The notes under the pieces: model-generated
Seen by the model: the letters and a program-made list of their open reading frames with translations, nothing else
What the model was told of the DNA's origin: nothing
The model's database searches: none
In this document: positions 31,866-44,708 of the stretch, in pieces
How the letters are laid out: each line of letters begins with the position of its first letter
Numbering within the stretch: the first letter of the stretch is position 1
Made by a program: the position numbers and the translations under genes
Source of the DNA: Podarcis erhardii
Taxonomy: Eukaryota
Assembly (NCBI GenBank): GCA_964252035.1
Contig: OZ176210.1
Reading direction: 5' to 3' (one strand)
Length of the DNA: 64,000 bases

Positions 31866-34800
31866 GTAAGTTCTAAGACTACAAGCATGAAGTTTGAGGC
31901 ATCTCTAAAGAGGTGGGGGGAGATGGACGGCTCTGTGTGAGTGTTTGTGTGTGTGTCTGAGAGAGAGGTCCTGACCTGCTGGCTTCCCTTAATGCTTAGT
32001 AGCCTTAAACTAGAGTATTTTGGCATGCTCTGTCTCTGCGGTTTGTCTTTCATGCTCACAAATCAGAGCGCTTCCTTTTAGGATCGGTAGACTCCTACAT
32101 GTCAATTGTTTCAACTGGAATTGAGCATTGAGGGATTCACTGGGGGGGGACACACGGAACTACTTTCTTTATGGTGAAGAATCTTATTTGAAGGGCACAT
32201 GGTTAGGGAGCCTGTTGAATTATTTTGTTCAGCAGCAACTTCACCAAATTGAAGCACACAAAGCTGAAAATATTTCTGCCCTTGAACTCTTTCCCCCCGT
32301 CAGGGGCTTGAGACAGGCGAGTGGGTGGCAGAGCAGTAAGTGCCGAGTGCCTTGTGATTCCTTCTTCTGCCCTCCTGCCTCATCCAAATAGAACCCTGGC
32401 ATCTCTCCCGGCTGAAGCCAGCTCTGGGTTGGGGGTTGTGAGTATCCCTGGCTGGGATTCTGCTTTACACGAGAGGCAGAAATAGGAAAAGCTTCTTGCT
32501 GCCTCACATAATTGTTGTGTGAAGCCACTTGTGAAGCTGACAGGGAAGAACGAGTGACGGAGAGTCACTCCTCAGGGAGGAATGTGAGTGCTGAAATTCA
32601 CTGTTGTTTGACGTCTTGCTTTGCTATTCCAATTCCCAGGCTGGGCACTTTGGTCCCGGTTTTGCAGAAGCCCCGTTTGCCAGGCCCTGGAGTTTAACTG
32701 GGAGTGAAAAAAGGCAGCCTTCCTTTCAGGGGTGCACATTGCTGCCCCTGTTAGAATCCCATGTTAGTGATGACCCACAGTCTTGGAAAGGGGCGTGAAC
32801 TTTCACAGTCAGCTGCCTGGAAATGGCAATCTAGCACAGATTCACCAGAGTTCATTTCTTTTATGGAGATTGTTCAGAAACATAAAATCAGTGACACAGG
32901 AGGCTTGCAGGTGGTTTGCTTTTCTTTTTGGGTGTCACCAGGACAGCTTTTAGCGGGCAGCCTCCGTTGTCCAAGACATCACATACCCAAGTTCCCCGTG
33001 CAAACAACTGGCATGCTTCAAATTTCCTTGCAGAGGATTCTGGAGGGAAAGAGATCTGAGGAGCCTGGCATGGGCCGCGGCCGGCCTGCAACTCTCCCAG
33101 GGGCGCTGGCGTCACCCTTGGATACAGAAGCTGCCTTGCCTCTTGCTGCTTCATGTCTGCCTGGCTAAAAACCTGCTTTGAATCCTCGTGCGGAGCAGAG
33201 ACAAAATACCTCGTCATGCTGTCAGAAACCAAACTTCATTCTCGCCAACAAGAAACATGTTTCTTACCATACAGATCAAATAGTGGCCAGTCCACTGCCC
33301 CCCTTGGGCATCTGAGCCCCCAGTTTCATTTTCCCCCAGAAGACTTTCCAAGCACATTTCAAGTGTTTGCACTTTGCACTCAGTTGGTCAAATGTCTTCT
33401 GAATCTCGCATTTTTCTATGGAGAATGTCACTGGAATTTTCATACCTTGTTCCTAAGAGTAGGTTTCCATGTCTGTTGACTTTTGCTTCTAGATTGTTCA
33501 AAGAGTAGGCTAGTCTGCGTAGGCTTACTTTCGCTTACCCTTTCGCTTACTTACCCTCCTGAAGGAAAATTGTCACCTGCCAATTGTTGAAATGCTTCTA
33601 ACGTTAACTAAAATTAATGGGTGCCTCAGTTTTGTTCATAGAGCTTATCTTTGATGAGGCATTAGTGATAAGCTTTCTTAGCAAGTAGGAGAATGGGAAG
33701 GTCTTTCAAGGTGGCTTCTCTCCCTTCCGTAGGAGGAAGCGGTTAGGATGACAGAGCCTTGTAGCAATCAGCACTGGTTACTCAAGGCTGAGTGACTTGA
33801 CAAGTTCTATCACCGGCTTTTTGTACCAATCAGTTTGTGTTCTGTTCTTGTCATTCATCCCCCAGAAAGCTTTGTTGCTTTCTGCCACATGTGTCCCCTC
33901 TGACTGCCATGTAACTAGGATGTCATGGGACCTGTAGCTTGGCTTGGGATGCCTGAGTCCCTTTACATTCCCAAATGCATTCCTTGACACAAGAGGCTGT
34001 GCCAGTCTGAGCCTCTGCAATGGCCCCCATGAATCTTGTGAGATTGGCAACAAGTGAGATGGATGTAGGAACCTAGGAGTCAGGCCCATTGAGCTCAGCA
34101 TTGTCTGCCCTGATCAGCAGCTGTAGCATCTCAGGCAGCTGTTTATTTTGCATCCTTCTCTTTGCTTCCCGTTTTCTTCTGTAAACATTTTGATCTGAGT
34201 CTTTATTCCCTTCTGAGCTTGGTGAGCGACTTGCTAGCGCATGTGCTTGCTCTGGCTGGAGTTTAGAATATTTCCCCTTTGATAAGCGTTCTCATTCGGC
34301 TCTCTACCTTCCGAAACGTGATTCATCCAGCCGCGTAGTGCCTGCTTCAGCTCTTGCTGAGATTAGCAGCTTGCTTATTGGCAGATCAGGCTTTAGAAAA
34401 TAAACAGTTTGGGAAGCAAGCGACGAGGACAGAAACTGTCGTCCTGAAGTGTCATCAAATTGCAATTGTAATCTTTGCTTGCCAGCCTCCAGGGATGATG
34501 GAGCCAAGAAAGCAGCATCATCCCGGCACCTTGGCCAGGCCTCGTTTGAAGCAGGCGTAGTCCTCCGTTGGCCATAAAAGGTGCCGTGTAAGAATTCCCA
34601 GCAAGTGTCAGAATTGCCGCATGTCGAGAAGGGCTGCCATAGCAACCTTTCCTTTGGCACTCAGCTGTGAGTTTTCATTTCTCAGCTTCTGCTGTAGCCT
34701 TGCAAGCCTAACCCAAAGCAAGGCGGCCAGGTTTGACTTGCAGGATTAGGCCCACCCAGCCCATGCTCTCCAGGCTTACGAGCCGGGCATGAGAGAGGAG

Positions 34801-36289
34801 CCCGGAGGCCTTGTTGCTGATCCCTGGCCTCAGGTTCTCCAGAGCGAGACGGCTACCAAAGACAGATGGAAAACCTACATTAGCCCATCTTCCATGGCTA
34901 ATAGCTTTGCCCGTGTCTATCAGTCAGAGTCGTGTCAGCCTTGAAAAAAGCTTCCCCAGCCATTTTCCCCTTTTGAAAGATGCCCACGGTGTGCTCTGCT
35001 CCCCCCTTTGATATGCTACCCCCAGAGGGCCAATGTGGTTCTCAGCCTGCACACAATTTAGCCACCCTGATACAGAGCATGTGATGGCACCCAAAGGGGC
35101 TGCACCTTGTTTTCCCTTGGGCTCCCTGCTCGGTCTCTGCCACCTCCTTGGCAGCAATTTGGGGTTTTGCTTGCTGACTCCCTTGTGGCTCATTACAAAT
35201 GATGTGGCTGCTGGATGGTGCCCTCTGCCTGTCAGGCCAGCTTTGAATAGCAGGGGCTTGTAGGCGGGGGCTCTTGTGGGGTGCCCCACTAGCTAAGGAG
35301 CTGCCTTTCTCTGCTGACTGCAAAGCTTAAACATGAAAAAATAAAATATTTCCTTTCTGGGACTGATCTTAGTGCTTTTAACAACTTAGAATGTTTTTAT
35401 TGCATATTTTCATAAACTGCTTATCCAGCCTGAGCTTCTGGGGATAAGCTTTTTTTTTGCACCCGTTCCCATTATGGTCCTTAACGGTTTCAGTGGAAGT
35501 TGCAAGCCCAGCAAACTTCAAACAAGTTTTCTAGCGATAAATGCCTCTCTTCCTGCCCCCCCCCTCCCAAAGCAGTGCATCTCCTCTTAGGAGATTGTTC
35601 CTGTTCTTGGGCTGAGGTGTGAAACTTCATCTGGGAGGCAGCCATCTCTTTCCAATGCCTGTGTCTCCAGGCCGGCCCCCTCTGCTCCAATGTGCTTAGT
35701 CACTTAGAGATAGTTAGTGTTCTTTGACACTGGAAATGAATGGCTGTTTACTCTGTGGGCTGAAACGGGGTCACTGTCATTGATGAGATGACAGAAGAAA
35801 CGAGATTTTGCAGGGCGATGCCGCTCGCCCTCAAGAGAACACACAGCTGAGTAGCAGGCCGATCCTGCAGACACCTTCCAAACAGTCCAGCGGCTTTTTC
35901 TCTTAAACAAAATTGAAGCTTTTTCCATCAGAAAAAAAGTTGCCTTCTTAATTATTAAGATTTCCGCCCCAGCCTTCCAGTCCGTAGTCAGAAAAGTAAG
36001 CAGAAAGGCAGACAGCTTTCAGTAGAACTCGGAAAGAGACGGTGCTTCACACAATACGCTGCTCTGGGATTCTGAATGCTGTGCATGGAAAAGTGGGTTT
36101 TGTTTCGCTGCTCCAGCAGTTTCTGAATGGAGCTGAGTGTCGGCGGACCACGCTGTGCTGAGCCAGGCTGGGGGGCTTGCTGGGTTAAAAGTAGTGTAGG
36201 AGCAGGAATAATGTCGAAGCGGTGTATTTAAATGCTTGTTTAAATACTGCCCCCCAAGTTGTGAGCCAATGTGTGAAGATGATGCTGTT

Positions 36290-36547
36290 CTGTGTACTGC
36301 TCAGAACTCTCCCTTGACTTTGCAGTTGCCCCAAAGGGCCCTGAGCACAAGAGCCGTCTCCCCTCCTGTGTCTCCAGCAACTGGCATTCAGAAGCATATC
36401 TATCATCTCCAACTGCAGAGGCGGAGCAAAGCCATCATGACCCATAGCCATCGATCGCTGTCTTCCCCATGAGTTTGTCCCATCCTCTTTTAAAGCCATC
36501 CGAGTTGGTGGCCCTCGCTCCCTCCTGTGGGCGGGAGTTCCACAGTT
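36290..36547 (-). mobile_element. CR1 3' fragment
   Basis: Resembles 3050-3212 (cagcaactggcattcagaagcat...agccatcatg...ccatccgagttggtggcc). Confidence 0.55.
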
Positions 36548-36636
36548 AATAATAATAATTTATTATTTATACCTCGCCCATCTGGCTGGGTTTCTCCAGC
36601 CACTCTGGGCGGCTTCCAACAGAATATTAAAATACA
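36548..36636 (-). mobile_element. L2-type LINE 3' tail
   Basis: Reverse complement of the tail at 26140-26230, ending in (TAT)n. Confidence 0.75.
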
Positions 36637-36644
36637 ATTCCCCC

Positions 36645-36971
36645 CAAAAAACTTTTATTTAGCATTTACACCAACAGTCCAGCAGTTACTTAAACTTTTA
36701 TTTACCTTACAATATTAAGACATTAAACAGCTACAGTGAAAACAAATGCTATTGGCAACTTGCAAATAAAAAGTTGCGTTAACACCTAAAAGTCACCCCT
36801 CAGACGCAGCACAAGGTGGAAGGTGGATTCCTTCTGGATGTTGTAGTTGGAGAGGGTGTGGCCACCTTCCAGCTGCTTCCCGGCAAAGATCAGCCTCTGC
36901 TGGTCAGGGGGAATGCCTTCTTTGTCCTGGATCTTAGCTTTCGCGTTCTCAGTGGTGTCACTGGGTTTAAC
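36645..36971 (-). pseudogene. 5'-truncated processed polyubiquitin retrocopy (last repeat, residues 17-76, plus 3' UTR), probably UBB-derived
   Basis: [61 protein letters not shown]; 8 of 60 residues changed incl. G76D; extra terminal Phe; minus-strand AATAAA at 36654-36659 and 36697-36702. Confidence 0.9.
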
Positions 36972-38417
36972 TGGACTTCCTGACTCTGCTCCGAGCGCCT
37001 GTTCCTCTCCTCCTCCTCCTCCAGGACCATTCAGCACCCACTATTTCACCCCTATTTATTTTTAAGGAACAACTGCAAATGTTAACTCTCGCCAGGTTTA
37101 TGGTAAATCTTTCTTACCAATGCAAAATAATAGTTACAGAAACTGGCTGAGTTTCTTGCTCACTAGGCCAGTCGCAGTTGGTGTAGAATTATGTAATTGT
37201 CCAAGGTTTCAATTCTGTGAAACCTGGCATATTTCTCAGTTGCGAGGAGGTGGCCCAATAAAAATGTCTTCTGTATTATATACGTATCTCATGCCGCTAG
37301 TGCCCACTAGAGTAACAGCAAGGAAAGAGGCACCTATCTTCTTCCAAAACGCTGAAGTTTTTTTGCGCAGTGAAGTGGCACGCAAATTTTGTTAAATTCA
37401 TAAAAAGAAGTGTATTCCTGCCGCCAAGGAGATTGCAATCTAACCTTCAACATGGGGAGGGGGAGAACGTTCTGTTCACTTGCCTGTATCTTCATTAAGG
37501 GATGAGGACTAAGTGGTTGTGCTGAGCCTTCCCTTAACTGATTTCAGGATATTAGCAGATGACCTTAAAGCTATAAAAAGAAAGCTTCTGTATGCAGGCA
37601 AGGCCTTTTCTTCGTCTTCTTTCATCATTTTTCTTGTGAAAATGATAACTGCACACAGACAAATCTATGCCCATACAAAGATGAAGCTGGAACTGGCTTG
37701 TGCCTGCGCCTCTTAGGGAACAGGGCAGAGCTGCTGGCTGCATGCCAAGGAGCACTTTGGGCAGGTAATGGATACGCCAGGATATTGTACTTGAGGGGGA
37801 TAAATAGAGAGGGCTCTGCTGCTAAGACTTCAATTTCGATAAAATTCCGGTCTCCCTGGTGGAAAAGGAAACCATTCTCATAAAGCAAATTTGGGGGGAG
37901 GTGAAGGCATCCTTTACTTGTTGCAAGAGTCAGGGAGACCTTCTTGTTTCACCACTTGGCCCCAGGACCTTCATTCAGTTGGAAGGCTGAAATGGAACAG
38001 CAGGTTATACCGGCATGCTTGCAAAAATAGATTTGTCCTGCTGCACGGGTGCAATTTTGTTGGATTACGTGGCCCAAGCTAGTGTGTGTATGTATGTGTG
38101 TGTGTGAATGTGTGAGTCGCTTTTTTCTCCACTGACTCCGATATCCAGCGTCTCTGTCCCTTCTCTTGACAGCAGCTTCTGATGAGTCTTAATCCTTGGC
38201 CGAGAGAGCCTTGCTGGGCAGGCAGCGAGGGGCAGAGGCCTCTGCCGCTTTGTGGCATGATGAGAGGGCGGCAACATGGCCACTGAGGATGTGCGCCGGC
38301 AGAGGCACCCTAAGGCTAGAAGATGACATTGCTTCTGTGCTTAGAACATCTGCTGTGAAACTCCTAACTGGGCAGCCCTCTCAGAAGCAGAAGGCCCTGC
38401 TGTTTCTGGAGGAGAAG

Positions 38418-40752
38418 ATGAAGAAGCTTCTGCAAGGGCCGGCGAGCGAGCTCTCCCTGAGCCAGAATCACCACCAGCAGCTTTCCCTGGTGGAAATAGA
38501 AACGGACGCCTTTGTCTGTGGCGTCAATAGGAAATCTGCAAGCAGTGACTTTTCCGCTGCTCAGGGGAGGAGCCCTGGAACCAGGGAGGCCAGTAAAGGT
38601 GGGCTGGACTGGGATGGATACATCGAAGCCCCACGGGCGTTAGTTCCAAGCCAGTGTGACTCAGGGTGTATCTCTGGCCGCCTGGCCGCAGAGAGCCTTC
38701 TGGAGCAAATGGAGAGCCCCGAGGGGCAAGCCGATCTCGCTGCCCTGAGCCTTGGCACTGGCTGGAGGGGAGTTGCTGGGGAAAGAGAAGGGGAAGGGCC
38801 CTGCCCTCCAAACAAGCCCCTCGCCTACACTCCTTGCAGCCCTGGGCCCAGAGACCGCTCTGCCGATGTCATTGAGTACATCGTGAAAGAGCTCCAAGGG
38901 ATAAGTCGCATCCAGATCGAGATTGCTGAGCTCCAGCAGCACCTCACCTTGATCAAAGGCTCTGTGGACGAAGTCTCCAGCTGCGTGGACACTGTTCTGA
39001 GTGAGATTGAGGGCCTGCAGAGCAGCTCTGGCCCCACCAGCAAAAACTCCCCATTGCCAAAGGCCAAGGCCAGGGAGCCCCTCCTGGGAGGGCCCATCAG
39101 AGAGCCAGTGTTGTATTTTTATGGCATCCCAGAGCAGGAGGGGGAGAACACCAAGGAGCTAGTCCACCGTTTCTTGTCAGAGTACCACTGTTTCAATGGC
39201 ATTCAGCGTAGCAAGTACATCAAGGATGCTTACAGATCTGGTGCAGCAACAGGCAAGCAGCTGGCCCCACGACCCGCTGTTGTAAAGCTGGCTAACGCTG
39301 AGCAGCGAGACTTCATTCTCCAGAAATCGATTCTTTTGCAAAGTGCAGGAGTTACCATTGTGGCCAGCAGTGAGCAAAGCCAGCAGAATGGCCAGGCGGG
39401 TCCTGGGGCACAGCTGGGCACCTTGCCCTCGCCAGGCCAGAGTGGGAACCACTGGGGCTCCCTGCACATTCGTGGGGAAGTGGTCAGGACGGACGGAGAC
39501 GGGCAGCTCCAAGTGGACTCTTGCCAAAACGCTTGCCAAGAGGCTCACCGCCGCGTAGGGGAAAGGCTTAACTTTCAACCAAAATCCACCCTACCGAGGA
39601 AGAGCCACCTAATTGCTGAACTTGAAGAAAAAGTGGGGAGAGTTGTGCAAATAATGGGCAGTAGTGAGCAGACTTTGTACAAAAGCAGCTCTTCCGCTGG
39701 AGTCCTTGATGCGTCCCACAAGAAGCTGGAAGGCCCTGGGCATGAGAACAAAGGCAGGGATTCCTTGCCATCCCCGGAGTGCTTGGGCAAGGTGCCCGCC
39801 TTGTGTGAGGGAGGAGGGGGACGTGCCTCAGATGCTGAAAATGCCACCAAGGGCAGCTCCTCTCCTGTGGAAGAGGACCAAGCAGGAGGGCTGACTCCTG
39901 GCGAAAGCGAGACGGACTGTGATGCCACCACACTGGAGTTTCTCAGTCCTGAGCAAGTCAGTCTCCTGGAGGAGGCACCGGTGGCCATGACCACTCCCGG
40001 CTGTGACGGTGCTCTGCGCAAATTGGTTGACAGCAGTGAGACGCTCAAAGACATGATCCAGATTGACCTGAACGAGCAAGACCCAACTGATCAGGTCTTC
40101 AGGGATGTCCTAGAAAATTCCCAGTACTTCCTTGAGCACTCTCGGGACAGCATTGATCTCGTGGACATGAGGTTCTACACTAACAAACTGGGCAAAGCGC
40201 TGAATCACTTCCGGTCTGCGCTGCAGGTGGTGTTCCACAAACTGGAGACTGGGGACCCAGAAGTCCTCCTTGAAGGGGAAAAGAGCTTCCATATGAACAA
40301 TGAGCCAGCTCCTGCCCTCCGTAGCCCAAGTGTGCACGGCAGCTTGGATACCTTTGCTGAAACTCCCCCTAGTCAGTCTTCTGAGAGCCAGGCTAACACG
40401 ACTGTGAGCAGTGACAGTGTGGGCCTGATGCAGAGGGCTCTTCCCAGTGCTTCATTGCCTCTTGACAAAGCTCCAGTCCCCGACCTGGTGCCCCCACCGG
40501 ATTCTGAGAGCTGTGTGGAGCAGCCCTTACCCTCTGGAGAGGCCCAGCAGGATCCGGGTTCTGCGCCTGTGCAGCCCAGCGGGTGCCGACCTATGAGCCT
40601 CGAGAAGGTGTGTGCCGAGACCATCTACCTGAACAAGTGCATCAACAACTTCAAGAATGTCCTGAGGGAAAAGAGGCAGATGCGTCGGAGGCTCTTGAAG
40701 GAACTGGCCCAGGAGGCAAGTTGGACTTCCTCGGCTGAAGAGATTCATTCAG
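38418..40752 (+). CDS. UNC13B: bMunc13-2 (brain-type) alternative N-terminal coding exon; exon acceptor at 38172/38175
   Basis: MKKLLQ start, DVIEYIVKELQGISRIQIEIAELQQHL, KLGKALNHFRSALQVVFHKLE and SLEKVCAETIYLNKCINNFKNVLREKR match recalled rat bMunc13-2. Donor TCAG|gtactc, phase 1. An in-frame upstream ATG exists at 38289. Confidence 0.92.
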
Positions 40753-43700
40753 GTACTCCCAAAGTTGTTGAGATTTGCTGGTTAAATGCTTGCTCGTTTT
40801 TTTTCAGAAAGTTTAGCAGCTGCAGGCAGAATGATTAAATAGAAATGGTTTATTGAAGTTTGGTCAGAGATAGCAGATCATAAGAGCCAAAGACAAAAGC
40901 TGCCCTATCTCTGCACCCTTAACAAATGCAAAAAAACACACACAAAACCCCCGTTTCTGGAGGTCTGCCAAATGATTTGTGATGTTCTATCTCCAAGGAA
41001 GCAGACATTGACTTCAGATCTGCTTCTTGGCAAACTGAAAGCATGTTGGGAAAGTGTTTCTAATACCATTAACCTGCTTAGGGGATCCACTTGGAAGCAA
41101 GAGCTTTTCCATGTCTCTTTACTTTCATAGGAAATAGTGAACCAGTAGCCAGTTGCCATTTCCCATATAAATTTGCCAGGGAAGCTGAAATCTGCTGGGA
41201 GATCTCTCCTGAAATGTTTAAATAACCAGCTCCAAGGAAGAGCTCTGCTAGAGCACTGTTTCCCTCCATGTAATAATGCCCCTTGAGAAATCCACATAAG
41301 AGGTGTTCTGTTGGAGTGCAGAATTCATGTGGATCGTACTCTCCATTATGTTTGTCATGTGCCTTATATCAAGAGCCCTCTTCTGTGGAGCTTATATTGA
41401 GAACTGTTCAGATGATAATCAGTTGTGGGGTCCATGTGAGCTGCTTCCTAGCGATCGTAGGCACTTGAGATTCCAATTGGGTTAGGCCTTGTGTTTTACC
41501 TTTGTGGGTTTGTGAAAATCAAACTTCAGAACAGTGGAGCTTGACTTTAGGGAGCAATAAGGAGACTTGAAGGAGAGCAAAGGGAAAGAGCAGAAGCAAA
41601 ATTCATCAGAAGCTTCACCCAGCGAGATTCAGGGAGCTGCTTTGGTCCTTATGTACTACTGAGCTGCAAAAGGACCATGTCTGGGGGTGGGGGGGCACCA
41701 CCTGCTCACTCGCTAAAATAAGCAAAAGATTTGCACATATTTGAAATTGCACCTCTGCACTTAACCCTTGGGTATAGTGGCAAAGGCGCTTTCCGTTTCC
41801 CCCTAAGAAATGCCCCACCTGATTCTAGATCCTCATGTGTGATGCATGTTTTCTGAAATTGCGCCCAAGTGGGCCCACAGTAGCCCCCTCCACCATACTT
41901 GACAGCAGCGCCTGTCTCCAAGGATAAAGATGAGGCTCTCTCTCCCCTCCTCCTTCTGCTGCTGTGTGCAGTATACAAAGACGGAACATCATGCCTAGGA
42001 CAGTTTGACACACTGCCCTGTGTGGGAGAAGGACTTCTCTCAGAACCCTGCAGTCCATGCGCCCAGGCCAGAACCACAGTGGCTTCCCACAGCGGCAACA
42101 TCAAGTCATAGTGTACTCTGCATGCACATCTCCCACGATGCACACATGGAAGGCGCTCAGTGCTTCTGCAGTGCATGAAAGGGCTCTTGATGGTGGGATG
42201 ACAGCAACTCCCACTTTCCCGGAGAAGCCTCATGTCCTTCCCCAATACTTCATCTTTTCCTGCTTAAAGCGGTTTTCCACATACGTTTAACGTGTTCTGT
42301 CGCAGCTGTACTTCGGAAGGAAGAGCACCAAGTTGAACAAGTGTTGGGCTTGGGAGAGCTGAACTCTCATCCTTGCTCCCTCACAGGCTGAAGGCTGCTC
42401 CACACATTGGGGGAACAACCACCTTTTCTTGGATGCTTGAAGGCGAGATGCATGCAAGGAAGACGTGGGAAACTTGCAGGAGCTGGGATTGGCTGCAGTT
42501 CCCACTCTGGGCAGGTTGAAACCTCTTGCCATTTCATTTCTGCCGTTCTAAAAGAGGGTTGTGGGGGATTTCCTCCTCTGCAGGACTAAAGGAAAGCAGC
42601 ACGGCACTTTCAACGCTTTAAATGATTTTCATAAATCATGGGTTGTAAAATTCTCTAGCAGAGTTATGGATAGTGCAGGAGGTTTGAGGCTATAATGAGC
42701 TCAATATTACTATGGAAATAGTGGTTTTTATGAGGCAAGGATCCCGCCACAAAATGGTCCCAGGTAATGATAATTCTAGTAAATTAATATGCCCTAGCCA
42801 TCCATCCATCCTGTGGCCTAGAAAATTTATTCCAGGTCGTTATAAAATCAGCTTATTAGGGTTGGAGGCAGAGAAGTTGTTTCTGCTGAGGGCTGGCAAA
42901 AGTTTGGAGCATTTGCCATCTTCCTTCATAAGAAACTTTGATCTTACTCAGAATAGCTGGTTTCTAAGTAGAGGCAGTTTCTGACTGCAAACCACATTAG
43001 CCTTTTGTTTTCAGGTGACAATTAAGAACAACAATGGAAGCCCTTTGAAATAAATGGCTGACATTGTGGTGCCATTGGGGAGCTTGTGACAAACTATTCA
43101 TTTTCCTAATTTCTTGTTCTTTTGATTTGACAGCAAATATTTCCCAAAATTGAAATGGGAAGAGTTGCTAAAATCTGCTAGATTTATCAAGTAATGCTTC
43201 AGTTCTCTTTAGAAAACAGATGGGAGAAGGATTCATTTCTCCTCCACCTGTTAAATCACTGCTCATGTGTGTTCCTTTTCTGCATGTTTTCGTTAGGGAA
43301 TGGGAGATACAGAATTTGAAACAGGAGAGAGAGAGAGAGAGAGAGAGAATGGGGCAAAGGTGGGTCTGATGTTTCAGACTCCTAGGTCCCCAATTCTTTC
43401 TTTGCTCTTTTATGCCCAAGAAAAACTAGGCGATGTTTACTAAGAAAATGCGCTTTTGTTGTAATGAAGAAGCTTGATTCAGAGCATACCCTGTCAGGTA
43501 TTTTCCTTGGGACAGTTTCAAATGAACTTCTGAGGTGATGGTTGGCTGTGTTTCTGGTATGTCAGCTCTTTGTTTGAAAATTAGATTCTTCTGGCATGGG
43601 CCTCTCTCTCTAGGCATAATCCTAACCCCCTTCCCAATTCTATTTCGCTTTTTGGAAGCCAAGGGTCATCTACTTTTTGGACAATAACTGCCACACGGGC

Positions 43701-44493
43701 TCCCCCCCTTTTTTTGGCCAGCAGTCACCATTATGGATTAAAATTACTACCCATGCAACTTTCTTAAAAGTAAAAAGCCATATTCTACTGCATGATGCAT
43801 GCACACTCAAGTTATGGTCTAATCTCAAATAAAATCAGATTGAACATGCCCCCCTGGATTTGGGCTTCCTGGGGTCCTTTGATCTATATCAGGTTTTTGG
43901 GGAGGGAAGCTGAGTAGCTGTGAGATACTGAGATGGTTCTGTCCAAGGTGCTGAATCGAGGGCTTTGCCTACTGAGCTGCCTACTCATCCAGACTTCATT
44001 TTGCCCCACACTTTCCAGGCAAAGGTCCATGCTTTAAACTCCATGTCCAAGTGGTTTGTTTGTTTGTTTGTTTGTTTGTTTTGTCCTGGCGCCTCCCCGG
44101 TAAAAGCCCGCATTTTACTGCTGAATCGGAGCAAATAGCAATCTGCGGGGAACCCAATTGTGGTTTGCTTCATTCAGTGGTAAAACGTGGGCTCTACCTG
44201 TGAAAGCAGCAGGGAAGAGAAAACGAAACTGCTCAGACATGGAGCTCTAAAGTGCAGACCTGGGCCCAGAAACGCAGCGCAAAAGGAAGTCTGCCTGAGC
44301 CTTAAGAGTGCGCCATGTGGGGAGGGAGGGAGGGAGAGAGAGAAAGACCCCCCTGCCAGTGCCACTCATTGGCCTTTCATTGGACTGCTTGGTGTAACAA
44401 ATGTTCCAAGCACCACTAATAACCTCCCTAACATTTTTTTATACACAAGGTGGAGTGTTTTGAATTGAAGGGTTTGCTAAAAAGCTGTATGTA

Positions 44494-44708
44494 CAGTGGT
44501 ACCTCGGGTTAAGAACTTAATTCGTTCTGGAGGTCCATTCTTAACCTGAAACTGTTCTTAACCTGAAGCACCACTTTAGCTAATGGGGCCTCCTGCTGCC
44601 GCCGCATGATTTCCGTTCTCATTCTGAAGCAAAGTACTTAACCCGAGGTACTATTTCTGGGTTAGTGGAGTCTGTAACCTGAAGCGTCTGTAGCCTGAGG
44701 TACCACTG
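44494..44708. mobile_element. Tc1/mariner (Tigger-like) MITE
   Basis: TIRs CAGTGGTACCTCGGGTTA / TAGCCTGAGGTACCACTG; TA TSD at 44492-44493 and 44709-44710. Confidence 0.9.

Noticed and set aside
38196-38288. TTG-initiated extension of the 880-aa ORF
   Set aside because: Non-ATG start in the presumptive 5' UTR; no homology.
40753-40838. C-terminal tail TPKVVEICWLNACSFFFRKFSSCRQND of the 880-aa ORF
   Set aside because: Intron read-through past the donor at 40752.
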